From assembly GCA_965205505.1 (NCBI GenBank), contig CBDBHB010000006.1:32001-96000 (forward strand): DNA of 64,000 bases, given 5' to 3'. Position 1 is the stretch's first letter. Each line of letters opens with the position of its first letter. The translations under genes were made by a program, and so were the position numbers. Under the pieces are notes generated by a model. The model had not been told where the DNA came from, did not search any database, and saw only the letters and a list, made by a program, of their open reading frames with translations. Below, one piece after another: positions 17,435 to 26,699 of the stretch. The DNA is from Acidobacteriota bacterium. Its GTDB lineage: Bacteria; Acidobacteriota; UBA890; WLXD01.

Positions 17435-19242
17435 TCATGGGTTTCATGGATAAGCTGCGCGGCGGCGGTCGCGTCGGCATCGAGCTCGGACGCAGCGTGG
17501 CTGCCGCTGAGCTGCGAAGCGACCCGCCGCGTGTGGTCGGTGCCGGCCATGCCGCTCACGCCGGCTTCAGCGGTCGCGAGCTGGGGCAGTGGATTCGCCG
17601 TTGGTTCGAGACCGTGGGCATTGGCAGCCGAGCTGCGCGCGCCGTGGTGGTCGACGGCGATATCTACCACTACCTGGTCAACATGCCCGAGATGTCGGAT
17701 AGCGAGCGCCACTTGGCCGCAGGTGCCGAGGTGCGCAAGCTGGCGCCGGTTCCGGAGAGCCAGCTCGTGTACTCGCACATGGCGGTTGGCCATGTGACCG
17801 AGGGTGGGGTCGTCAAGCAGAAAGTACTGATCTCGGCGATCGACAAGTCGACGATGCGCAATGCCATCGACGCTGTCGAGGCTGCCGGCCTCAGCGCCGA
17901 TGCAGTGACCACGGTACCCGCAGCGTTGGCGCAGGCGATGGAGCTGTTACCGCCGATCGCCGGCGGCACCGCGATCGCTTACCTGTCGGCCGGCCGCTCC
18001 TACCTGTTGGTCTTCCAGGACGGCACCCTCGAGCTGGTGCGCGACTTTGCCCTGCGCGGCGAATCCGATTCGATGGCCGATCTGGTGGCCACCGAGCTGC
18101 GTCGCTCGTTTCTTTACTTCGGGCAGCGTGCCCAAGGCGCTACCGTGCAGCGGCTGGTGCTCGCCGGGCCCATGGAGGATCTCACCAACCTGGCGTCCCA
18201 CCTACGCGAGTCCCTTGGTGTAAACGTCGAGCTGTTCGATGTCAGCGACCACGTTGATCTGAACGGCGCCATTGACCCGATCGAGCAGCCGGCACTTGCG
18301 GTGGCTTTCGGGGCGGCGTCGATGGCCCGGAAAGACAGCGGCAACCTGGTGTCTCCCGAACAGGTCAACGAGGACCGCACCCGTCGGGTGATGTCGGTCG
18401 GCCGTGTGGCCGCCGCCGCTTTGTTGCTCTTCCTGGTGGGCTGGGGGGTGCTTGCCCTGCTGAACTCCGCAGTCAACAGCAATCGCATGGCGCAGGTACA
18501 GGAACAGGTTTCGCAGCGGCAGCTGGAGCTACGAGAGGTCCGCGCCACGGCGCAGGAGCGTTCGAATCACGCCGCACGGCGAGCACTGCTGGAGCAGCGC
18601 TCGCTCGAGACAACGCTGATGGGCGCAGTTCTGCAACGTCTCAGCCAGCGGGCCCCGGAAGAGCTCGTCATCGAGAACGTCACATGGCATCCGGTCGCCG
18701 GCCCGCGCGGTGAGCGCTACTGGGATGCCGTCGTCCAGGGCCTGGTGCTGGGCGACTCGCGCTCGGGCTCGCAGGCTGTCTTCAACCGTTTCTACAGCAT
18801 CATGGTGAGCGATCCGATCGTCCACGACGTGCATCTGATCGAACCGCTGGTGATCGGGTCGGAGGGCGCGCGCAGCGGCCCGGCGGTGTTGCAGCAGGCC
18901 CGACAGTTGAGCGCTCAGGGCGGCCGCTCCGCTTCCGGGGGAGCGTCATTCAACCGCAACTTCCAACGCGGCCCCGGCGCATTCGGTCCAATTCGGTCAC
19001 GGTCGTTCAATGACAGATCGTTCAGCAACGGGCGACCCGCGGTGACGCGCGACGATCGCAATAGCAGCCTGTGGCTGTTTGATCGACAGTGGCCCGGCCG
19101 CGGCGCGGTAACGAGTGGTCGCCGTGATCAGCAACCTCTACGTACCACGCTGGATGAACTGCCGGCCTTCGGCCCGACGGCAACGTCGGTCGGTTTCAAG
19201 GTCGCGGTTCAGCTCAGGTCGATCGCCGGAGGCGGACAATGA
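17431..19242 (+). CDS. PilM-PilN-like fusion (alignment complex)
   Basis: N-terminal VGIELG and actin-like PilM features (ELRRSFLYF, LVLAG), central TM helix, coiled coil and PilN-like C-terminus; lies before pilO. Confidence 0.72.
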   Translation: MIMGFMDKLRGGGRVGIELGRSVAAAELRSDPPRVVGAGHAAHAGFSGRELGQWIRRWFETVGIGSRAARAVVVDGDIYHYLVNMPEMSDSERHLAAGAEVRKLAPVPESQLVYSHMAVGHVTEGGVVKQKVLISAIDKSTMRNAIDAVEAAGLSADAVTTVPAALAQAMELLPPIAGGTAIAYLSAGRSYLLVFQDGTLELVRDFALRGESDSMADLVATELRRSFLYFGQRAQGATVQRLVLAGPMEDLTNLASHLRESLGVNVELFDVSDHVDLNGAIDPIEQPALAVAFGAASMARKDSGNLVSPEQVNEDRTRRVMSVGRVAAAALLLFLVGWGVLALLNSAVNSNRMAQVQEQVSQRQLELREVRATAQERSNHAARRALLEQRSLETTLMGAVLQRLSQRAPEELVIENVTWHPVAGPRGERYWDAVVQGLVLGDSRSGSQAVFNRFYSIMVSDPIVHDVHLIEPLVIGSEGARSGPAVLQQARQLSAQGGRSASGGASFNRNFQRGPGAFGPIRSRSFNDRSFSNGRPAVTRDDRNSSLWLFDRQWPGRGAVTSGRRDQQPLRTTLDELPAFGPTATSVGFKVAVQLRSIAGGGQ

Positions 19243-19904
19243 GTTGGTCGGATCTGCAACCCCAGGTTCGCGCTGCCATTCTCGGCATGGCGGTCCTGTT
19301 TGTGGCGCTCTTGCTCTGGTTGTGGTTCGTACAGCCGATGCGCGCGCGCGCCACAGCGGCCACCAACGACATCGAGGCGGCCGAATCACGGCTCGACCAG
19401 ATAGAGCGTGAGATCGAGAGCATTCCGCCCGCTGCACCGGCCGAGCGCGCCGCCTGGCAGAGCTCTAACGACGAGTTGATGAGCCGCCTCGGCCCGGAGT
19501 CGGAGCTCACCCTGCTAATCGAGTCGCTCGTACGAATGGGGGAGGCCGAGGGGATAGAGCTGTTCATCACCAGTGAGAGCGCCGCGCCGGTGGCCGGGAC
19601 CGGTGGTGCACCGCCGGAGTCTGCCCGCGTGATCGGCGCCGTGCCGGGCGCCAGTTACGTGCCGCTCAACTGCCGTGTGTTCGGCGACTTTATCGCCACG
19701 AGCCGCTTCATTGCTCAGGTCGGACGTCTCGGTTGGGTTGTAGAGGTGGCGGGCCTGGAGATGCAGCGCGCCTTCCCTGAAGTAGTTACCGATCTACGTC
19801 TACTCGTTTACTTCCGCCCCAGCACCACGGATGCCTCGTCTGGCGACGCGAATCCAGGTCGCTCCCGCGGACCCGTCGGAGCTCAGGGAGGCGGCAATGG
19901 GTAG
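19239..19904 (+). CDS. PilO/GspM/MshJ-like protein
   Basis: N-terminal TM helix, coiled coil, YVPLNCRVFGDF..RFIAQVGRL; operon position. Confidence 0.75.
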   Translation: MSWSDLQPQVRAAILGMAVLFVALLLWLWFVQPMRARATAATNDIEAAESRLDQIEREIESIPPAAPAERAAWQSSNDELMSRLGPESELTLLIESLVRMGEAEGIELFITSESAAPVAGTGGAPPESARVIGAVPGASYVPLNCRVFGDFIATSRFIAQVGRLGWVVEVAGLEMQRAFPEVVTDLRLLVYFRPSTTDASSGDANPGRSRGPVGAQGGGNG

Positions 19905-20484
19905 CCGAAACATCCTGACCGTGCTGATCATCGTCTTCGTGGCCGTGCTGCTGTACAACGCGCTCTACTTCACTGGAGTGGTGGGAACCTTCGGCGGCGA
20001 CACTGAGATCGGACCACTGACCCAGGATCCCAACCTGAGCCCACCGGGCTTTGAGCAGCCGGGGGCTACGCCCGGTCAGCGGCCGGTGCCGAGCTCACCG
20101 CGATCGCCGACCCAAGCGACGCAGCGCCGCGGCGAGTTGACCGCCGCCGATCTGACGATCGACTCGAACTGGGGTCGCAATCCATTTTTCACGCCGCGCG
20201 AGATCTGGGCGCTCGACAACTTCGCCCCGGTCTATGTCGATGCTGGCGTCAGGATGGATGAGGGCCTGTACTTGTCAGCGATCGTGACCGATAGCACTGG
20301 CCGCCGCGTAGCAGTGATCAACAACGAAGTCGTGACCGTCGGCGACAACATCGCCGGCATGCAGGTAGTCGAGGTAACCGATGAGACCGTGGTCTTCGCC
20401 TCTGGAGGACAACGGCATGTCTTGAGAATGGCTGACGCCGCGATCGGTCTGAGCTCGCGCAGCGGCACCGTCGGGAGGTACTGA
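19897..20484 (+). CDS. MshK/PilP-like protein
   Basis: N-terminal TM, Pro-rich linker, RNPF, LSAIV...VAVINNEVVTVGDNIAGMQVVEV; precedes the secretin. Confidence 0.68.
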   Translation: MGSRNILTVLIIVFVAVLLYNALYFTGVVGTFGGDTEIGPLTQDPNLSPPGFEQPGATPGQRPVPSSPRSPTQATQRRGELTAADLTIDSNWGRNPFFTPREIWALDNFAPVYVDAGVRMDEGLYLSAIVTDSTGRRVAVINNEVVTVGDNIAGMQVVEVTDETVVFASGGQRHVLRMADAAIGLSSRSGTVGRY

Positions 20485-22283
20485 TGAGCCCGCTGAGAGA
20501 TGGATTGAGGAGATCTGGGATGACAAGCCGAAGCGTACGAACGTCCCGTTGGAAGACGGCCGCCGCACTGCTACTTGCCGTTGCCGTGATTCCGGGTTGC
20601 GTGTCGCGTGGGTACAACAACGCCCAGGCAGCGCCGGCCACATCGGTAGCTGCAGCGCCCTCGCCGCCCAGCTCGGACGAGCCCGGGCGCCCGTCGTTCG
20701 ACGAGCTGAGTCCGCATGCGCAGATCGCCGAAGCACCGGCCACGTCGATCGAGGAGTCGCTCGACGACACCGGCTACGACCCCGGCCGCGCCTATAGCCT
20801 CAGGGTGCGCGAGACCGACGTGCGCGCCGTCTTGCTGGCGGTGGCGCGCGAGTCTGATTTGTCGATAGTCATCGAGCCGGATGTGTCCGGCGTAGTGACG
20901 CAGGACATCGTCAACGTGACGCTGCCGGTTCTGCTGGACAGCTTGCTGACCCCGCTCGGGCTCCAATACCGAGTCGAGAACGGGGTGCTGAAGATCCGGC
21001 TTCGGCAGATGGAGACACGCTTCTTCTTCCTCGATATCGTGCAGACCGACCGGAACGGCTCGCGTACGATCGGCGTAAGCACCGGTGGCCAGGGTAACAA
21101 TGGTGGCTTCAACGGTGGTGCCAACGGGGGCGCCGGTGGTATTGGCGGTGGTATTGGCGGTGGTCGACGCGGCGGCGGCGCCGCCAGCGGCGGCGGCTCC
21201 GCCTCCGTGCAGTCGAGGGATCCGAGCTTCATCTGGGACGACATTACTGAGGGAACTCTTTTTCTCATGGGCTCCGGATACGGCGGCGGTTTTGCCGGCG
21301 GTGGGTTCGATCCGCTTGATCCCAACCGCCAGCGGCTGCGCGGTGGGCTCGGTGGCTTCGGTGGCGGCGCGGGCTTCGGCAGCGCCGATGGCCCTGCGTT
21401 GCACGTCAATCGCAGCGCCGGCACGATCATGGTGCGTCATTATCCCGACGTGCTCGACGAGATCGGTGAGTACTTGGCGATGGTCGAGGAGATTGCCCAG
21501 CGACAGGTGCTGATCGAGGCGAAGATCGTCGAGGTGTTGATGCACCAGGAGTTTGCCGCCGGCGTCGATTGGAGTGCCGTGTTCACCGATCTTGGTCTGA
21601 CCGCTAGCCAGACGGTTGGCGCCAGCGGCCTGAACATCTTCCAGGCCAGTGTCCAGCGCCAGAACTTCAACGCCATCCTCGGTGCGATGTCGAATCAGGG
21701 CGATGTCGACGTGCTGTCGTCGCCGTCCGTCGTGACCCTGAACAACCAGGTCGCGCTGCTGAGCGTCGGTACGCAGGAGGTGTTCTTCACCACGCAGACC
21801 GTGTTCAACGCCCAGGGGGGACTGGCTCAGACGGTGACCAACCCCGGCACCGTCACCAACGGCGTCATCCTCTCGGTTACGCCGCAGATCTCGGCCGATG
21901 GTTGGATCACGATGAGCATCCAACCGGCGATCACCAGCCTCGCGGGCGAGGCGATTTCGCCCAACGGCGATCGCTTCCCGATCATGGACGTGCGTGTGAC
22001 CGACAACGTCATCCGTGTTCGGGAGGGCGAGACCATCTTTATCGGCGGTCTCCTTGAGGACGTCGCACGCGAGAGCGTGTCCAAGACCCCGATACTTGGA
22101 GACATCCCGATCCTGGGCGCGTTGTTCAGGCGCCAGGATCGCAGCACCCGCAAGTCAGACCTCATTGTGATGATCACCCCGACGATACTCAACGGCGACC
22201 GCATACGCGAGATCATGCGTGACCAGCTGCAGCGCCTCGAGATGCGCCGCCGCTCCCGCGCGGGTGCGCGTCGCGGGCAGTAA
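20484..22283 (+). CDS. Secretin (MshL-like, lipoprotein)
   Basis: Lipobox VIPGC; STN/N domains; Gly-rich inserts; QVLIEAKIVEV, GVDW, LSSPSVVTLNNQ, GVILSVTPQI, PILGDIPILGALF, LIVMITPTI. Confidence 0.92.
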   Translation: MSPLRDGLRRSGMTSRSVRTSRWKTAAALLLAVAVIPGCVSRGYNNAQAAPATSVAAAPSPPSSDEPGRPSFDELSPHAQIAEAPATSIEESLDDTGYDPGRAYSLRVRETDVRAVLLAVARESDLSIVIEPDVSGVVTQDIVNVTLPVLLDSLLTPLGLQYRVENGVLKIRLRQMETRFFFLDIVQTDRNGSRTIGVSTGGQGNNGGFNGGANGGAGGIGGGIGGGRRGGGAASGGGSASVQSRDPSFIWDDITEGTLFLMGSGYGGGFAGGGFDPLDPNRQRLRGGLGGFGGGAGFGSADGPALHVNRSAGTIMVRHYPDVLDEIGEYLAMVEEIAQRQVLIEAKIVEVLMHQEFAAGVDWSAVFTDLGLTASQTVGASGLNIFQASVQRQNFNAILGAMSNQGDVDVLSSPSVVTLNNQVALLSVGTQEVFFTTQTVFNAQGGLAQTVTNPGTVTNGVILSVTPQISADGWITMSIQPAITSLAGEAISPNGDRFPIMDVRVTDNVIRVREGETIFIGGLLEDVARESVSKTPILGDIPILGALFRRQDRSTRKSDLIVMITPTILNGDRIREIMRDQLQRLEMRRRSRAGARRGQ

Positions 22284-22302
22284 TGGATTTCGGAGGCCAG
22301 CA

Positions 22303-23664
22303 ATGTATCTAGACTTCCACGGGCTCATCGAGAAGCCCTTCAGCCTGACCCCCGACCCGAAGTACTTCTTCGCCTCGGGGTGCCACGCGGAGGCACGCGA
22401 TTTGCTGCGCTACGGTGTGCGTGAGCGCGAGGGCTTCATGTGCTTCGTCGGGGCAGCTGGCACTGGCAAGACGACGCTGCTGCGCACCGTGCTCGATGGC
22501 TTCGGCGACGACATCGTTACGGCGATCGTCCTGAACCCGTACCTGTCCGAGCAGGACTTGCTGCGCATTATCCTGCAGGACTTCGGCGTTGCCACGCGGG
22601 CCGAGTTCGAGGGTGGGCAGAGTCGGGAAGCGAGCAAACAGGAGCTCGTCGATCGGCTGAACGATTATCTGATCGGTCTCAGCATGCAGGGTCGCGCCGC
22701 GGTCCTCGTCGTGGACGAGGCGCAGAACTTGCCGCTGCCGGTCATGGAGCAGATCCGCCTGCTGTCGAATCTCGAGACCTCGAAGCAGAAGCTGCTGCAG
22801 ATTGTCCTCGCCGGGCAGCTCGGCCTGCGGCGGTTGCTCGCCTCCCCCGAGCTCAGCCAGCTGGCACAGCGGGTTTCCGTTCGCTACACGCTGCAGCCCT
22901 TCGGGCGTGACGAGGTCGGCCGCTACATCGACCATCGACTTCGCATCGCCGGCAGCGATGGCGACGTGGTGTTCGACGACGCGGCCCTCGACAGTCTGTA
23001 TCGTTATACGGAAGGTGTGCCACGCTTGGTCAACCTGTTGGGCGACCGCGCTTTGCTTGCCGGTTACGCGCAGCAGACTCGACTGATCGATGCCGGCATC
23101 ATCGATCGAGCCGCCGCCACACTCGATTTGACCGAGATGGGAGCAGCGCCGATCGAGCGGCCGCAGCCCATGCAAATGGTCTCGCAGCCGCAGGCACGGG
23201 AGCGGTCGGCGAAGCCAGTGCAGGCGCTCGCCGGCATCGTGCTGGCTGCTGCGGTCAGCGCCGGCGGCTACGCTGCCTGGAACGCAAACCAGACCACAGC
23301 GCTCGCCGATCCGCCGCCGCCGCGCGCCGAGGGCAGCCTCAGCGCGGCACCGAACGACGTGACCTTCGGGAGCGGCAATGTAGTCGTCGATCTGGCGATG
23401 CCGCAGAAACCCTTCACCGTTTATCTGAGCTCATTCCGGCAGCCCGACGATGACTACCTCGTCGAGCTGCGCGGACGTCTGAACGAAGCTGGGTACGTCC
23501 ACTTCCTGATCGGAGCCGACGTTCCCAGCATGGGCACGATGTATCGACTCACCGTAGGTGAATTCGACGATCAGGCCGCGGCACGCGAGACCGCCTCGAA
23601 GCTGAAGGAGTCGGGGCTCGCCCACGCCGAGGCAGTCGCTGTCGCCGACGCCACCGGGAGCTAG
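22303..23664 (+). CDS. ExeA/GspA/MshM-family AAA ATPase with C-terminal SPOR-like domain
   Basis: MYLDFHGLIEKPFSLTPDP, GAAGTGKTT, VVDEAQNL, GVPRLVNLL; TM helix then FTVYLSSF...YRLTVGEF. Confidence 0.88.
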   Translation: MYLDFHGLIEKPFSLTPDPKYFFASGCHAEARDLLRYGVREREGFMCFVGAAGTGKTTLLRTVLDGFGDDIVTAIVLNPYLSEQDLLRIILQDFGVATRAEFEGGQSREASKQELVDRLNDYLIGLSMQGRAAVLVVDEAQNLPLPVMEQIRLLSNLETSKQKLLQIVLAGQLGLRRLLASPELSQLAQRVSVRYTLQPFGRDEVGRYIDHRLRIAGSDGDVVFDDAALDSLYRYTEGVPRLVNLLGDRALLAGYAQQTRLIDAGIIDRAAATLDLTEMGAAPIERPQPMQMVSQPQARERSAKPVQALAGIVLAAAVSAGGYAAWNANQTTALADPPPPRAEGSLSAAPNDVTFGSGNVVVDLAMPQKPFTVYLSSFRQPDDDYLVELRGRLNEAGYVHFLIGADVPSMGTMYRLTVGEFDDQAAARETASKLKESGLAHAEAVAVADATGS

Positions 23665-23672
23665 GAAAGCCA

Positions 23673-24971
23673 ATGAGTGTCATCCTCGATGCCTTGAAGC
23701 GGGTGCAGGACGAGAACCGGCGCCGCGGCGCTGCACCAGTGGTGCCGGATCCGGGTCCGATGCACGGCTCGAACGCGCTGTTGCGCCGACTGAGAGCTCC
23801 CGAGGCCCCGCGGGTGTCCGTGCGTCGCCGGCCTGGACCAGCTGTTTGGATCGGGGCATTGGCCGCTACCGGCATCGCTGTCGTGGCGACGGTGCTGTGG
23901 TGGATGCAGCCGAGCTTCTCCGGCCCGCGAGCCAACGACGGCCGCGCGCTGTTGACGGATCTCACTGCGAGCCCGCGTGATTCGGTGCGTTTCCCGCCGC
24001 CGGACGCGGCCCGTGGTGGCGCTCTCGAGTCGTCCGGCGGCGACCTCGGCACGGGCGCTCTGATGGCGGGTGCGGAGCCGCTGCCGGGCGCGGCAGCCAA
24101 CCGCGAGATGAACGACCTTTCGGCCAACCTGCCCGAGATGCCGGCGGCGTCCGCGAATGCGAGCGAACGCCAACCCGAGCCCAGCTTCAGTCTCGAGGTG
24201 GAGGACCGAGCCGCAGCTTCGAGCAGCGGAAGCAACATCGACCTGACCTCGAACCGCCCCGCCGCCCCCAGCGCCAGGCGTGCGGCGCCCGGCCGCAGCA
24301 CGGCATCGGCTGGTGCAAACGTGGCTGCCGATCGCGGTCGTGGCGTGCCCCCTGCGAGCAAGACGCTCGTCGATCCAGGAGTCCGTGATGCCTTCGCGGC
24401 GGGCGTGCGTGCCCAGAAAGAGGGCGCGCTGGCTCGCGCCGAGGAGGCCTACAAGCGAGCGCTGCGGCAAGATCCGCACAACGCCAAAGTCAACGCAAAC
24501 CTGGGCGTTCTGTACGAGCAACAAGGGCGTTTGGAGGCGGCTGAGCGTCACTTGCGAGAGGCTACATCGGTCGAGCCCAACAATGCGTCGGTGCACAACA
24601 ACCTGGGCGTGGTGCTGTACCGCAAAGGCAACTACGATGGCGCGCTGATCGAGTTCAATCGCACCCTGTCGCTGGATCCGGAACGCCTCGATGCCTATAC
24701 CAACAAGGGTTTGATCTTCACTCGATGGGGACGCTACGAGGACGCAGAGCGCGCCTTCATGCAGGTACTGGCGCTGAATCCCGACGATCCGTTGGCCAAC
24801 TACAACCTGGCTCTGGTCTACGAGGAAGTCGGCGACGCCAGCCGCGCCGTCGACCACTATTATCGATTCCTCGCGGCTGGCGGAGCCAATCACCCGAAGA
24901 TTGCCCGCTACCTCTCTCAGCATCTCTCGTGGCTCGAGGGTCGCCTGAATGGTGGTGCCCAGCGTCGCTAG
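23673..24971 (+). CDS. MshN/GspB-like membrane-anchored TPR protein
   Basis: MSVILDALKR N-terminus, TM helix, multiple TPRs (ANLGVLY, NNLGVVLY, YNLALVY). Confidence 0.85.
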   Translation: MSVILDALKRVQDENRRRGAAPVVPDPGPMHGSNALLRRLRAPEAPRVSVRRRPGPAVWIGALAATGIAVVATVLWWMQPSFSGPRANDGRALLTDLTASPRDSVRFPPPDAARGGALESSGGDLGTGALMAGAEPLPGAAANREMNDLSANLPEMPAASANASERQPEPSFSLEVEDRAAASSSGSNIDLTSNRPAAPSARRAAPGRSTASAGANVAADRGRGVPPASKTLVDPGVRDAFAAGVRAQKEGALARAEEAYKRALRQDPHNAKVNANLGVLYEQQGRLEAAERHLREATSVEPNNASVHNNLGVVLYRKGNYDGALIEFNRTLSLDPERLDAYTNKGLIFTRWGRYEDAERAFMQVLALNPDDPLANYNLALVYEEVGDASRAVDHYYRFLAAGGANHPKIARYLSQHLSWLEGRLNGGAQRR

Positions 24972-25578
24972 TCGCGTCGGCAGGCTTTCTTGTCTGATGG
25001 CGCTCATGGTCTGTGTGGCCTCAACGGCCGTGCTCGCCCAGGGCATGTCGGAGCCCTGCGTCTATACCGCCGACGATGGCGCCATGGTGATTACCGACAG
25101 CGCCACGGACTCGAGCTGCCACCGCCGGTTGCCTACGATCTTCCGGCCGCCGGGTCGTCTGCGCCTTACGTTCGCTGTTGCGGAGCTCATCTCCTTGAGT
25201 CATGACGTCGCCGAGCGTGGTGGCGTCGACCACCGGCTCGTCGAGTCGCTGGTCGAGATGGAATCGGGGTTCAACCCGCGCGCCGTGTCCCGCAAGGGCG
25301 CCATGGGACTCATGCAGCTCATGCCGAACGTCGCCCGCCAGTACGGCGTCGACACGTCCTTCGATCCGTGGCAGAACCTGGATGCTGGCGTGCGCCACCT
25401 GCGCGGGCTGTTGCAGAGATACGACGGAGATCTCGAGCGCTCGCTAGCGGCCTACAACGCCGGTGAGGGCGCGGTGCGTCGCTACGGCGGCATACCGCCA
25501 TACGCCGAAACCCAGAACTACGTGCGCCGCGTTCTCTACAGGTATCGGCAGCGCGTTGAGGGTGTTCGCCTGCACTAG
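24949..25578 (+). CDS. Lytic transglycosylase (SLT domain)
   Basis: ESGFNPRAVSRKGAMGLMQLMP, LAAYNAG, PPYAETQNYV. Confidence 0.92.
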   Translation: MVVPSVASRVGRLSCLMALMVCVASTAVLAQGMSEPCVYTADDGAMVITDSATDSSCHRRLPTIFRPPGRLRLTFAVAELISLSHDVAERGGVDHRLVESLVEMESGFNPRAVSRKGAMGLMQLMPNVARQYGVDTSFDPWQNLDAGVRHLRGLLQRYDGDLERSLAAYNAGEGAVRRYGGIPPYAETQNYVRRVLYRYRQRVEGVRLH

Positions 25579-25931
25579 TGGCCTGTAACAGATGATCGTT
25601 GCATATCGTGGTGGCGAAATGGGACCGGATGCCAGGCGCGACGACGAGACGATGTTTGCCCATCTTGGAGGAGGAGCAACGCCGCAGACGCGCCGTTGGC
25701 GGCGTAACCCGTAGGGCAAGTGGGAGTCACGGGCGATGGCGGCGTCTCTCCTCCTCGACGATGGCTCCAGCATCGCCTCATCGTCGATCCTTGCCCTAGC
25801 CCGTGAGTCCCACTTGCCAGACCCACCACACTTCCATCACGGCCTGCTAGCATCGACATCCTCGCCGCGCCTTGATCTCACCCGCAAATCCTATCTGCGA
25901 TATGCAACGATCATCTGTTACAGGCCACTAG
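25575..25931. mobile_element. Non-autonomous MITE, probably IS630-derived
   Basis: Perfect 37-bp inverted repeat at 25572-25608 and 25898-25934, CTAG at both ends, no transposase inside; each end reads ...SSVTGH* outward, like IS630 transposase C-termini. Confidence 0.8.
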
Positions 25932-25997
25932 TGCCCCCGTAACAGGCCGTGCCAACTGCTTTCGCACGGCACGCTGGGGCGCTGTAGAGTTATTGAC

Positions 25998-26699
25998 GTG
26001 CTCGGACTCCGCAGTCGCGTTGTGGTGCCTGAGGTCATGGATCAGCCAGGCCTCGACCCAAGTTCCCATCGACAGGCCCTCGCTGGGTTGGCTCGCGTGA
26101 ATCGGTTTTCGCGCGTGCCATCCACGATATGGCGCTCGGTGTCTCAGTCGCTCGATCGATCGAACGAGCTCAGCGTGCTCGACCTGGGCTGTGCTTCTGG
26201 CGATGTAGCGCTGGGGCTGTACCAGTGCGCCCTGGCCGCTGGGGTTCGACTTCGAGTCGAAGGTTGGGACATGAGCCCGTTGGCGATTGATCAAGCACGA
26301 AGAGCGGCAGAACGGTTGCGCACTCCGGCGCGCTTTCGCGTCGCTGATGTCCTTGTCGACGAATTGCCGAGTGGTTACGACGTTGTCATGAGCAACCTAC
26401 TGATCCACCATCTCGACGACGCTGACGCGGTTCGCCTGCTGGCGCGCATGCGCCAGGCCGCTGGTCGACTCGTGGTAGTCGACGATCTCGTGCGCGGGGC
26501 AGCCGGATATCTCCTCGCGTTCGTCGGAACACGCGTTCTGAGCCGGTCGAGCATCGTGCACACCGACGGGCCGCGCTCGGTACACGCCGCGTTCAAACCG
26601 GCCGAAGTTGTCGCGCGGGCACGCTCAGCGGGCCTGCGGCACGTGCGCATCCGCCGACACTGGCCGCGCCGATACCTGTTGCTGGCCGCGCCTCGATGA
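25998..26699 (+). CDS. SAM-dependent methyltransferase (type III PKS-associated)
   Basis: EVMDQP, VLDLGCASGD, DVVMSNLLIHHL, DGPRSVHAAF. Confidence 0.88.
   Translation: MLGLRSRVVVPEVMDQPGLDPSSHRQALAGLARVNRFSRVPSTIWRSVSQSLDRSNELSVLDLGCASGDVALGLYQCALAAGVRLRVEGWDMSPLAIDQARRAAERLRTPARFRVADVLVDELPSGYDVVMSNLLIHHLDDADAVRLLARMRQAAGRLVVVDDLVRGAAGYLLAFVGTRVLSRSSIVHTDGPRSVHAAFKPAEVVARARSAGLRHVRIRRHWPRRYLLLAAPR

Noticed and set aside
20571-25046. Long antisense and alternative-frame ORFs (e.g. 20571..21923 and 23661..25046 on the minus strand)
   Set aside because: These are shadow ORFs typical of high-GC coding DNA and overlap well-supported genes
25938-25954. Minus-strand TTGGCACG as a sigma-54 promoter
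   Set aside because: The -12 position reads GTTA instead of TTGC
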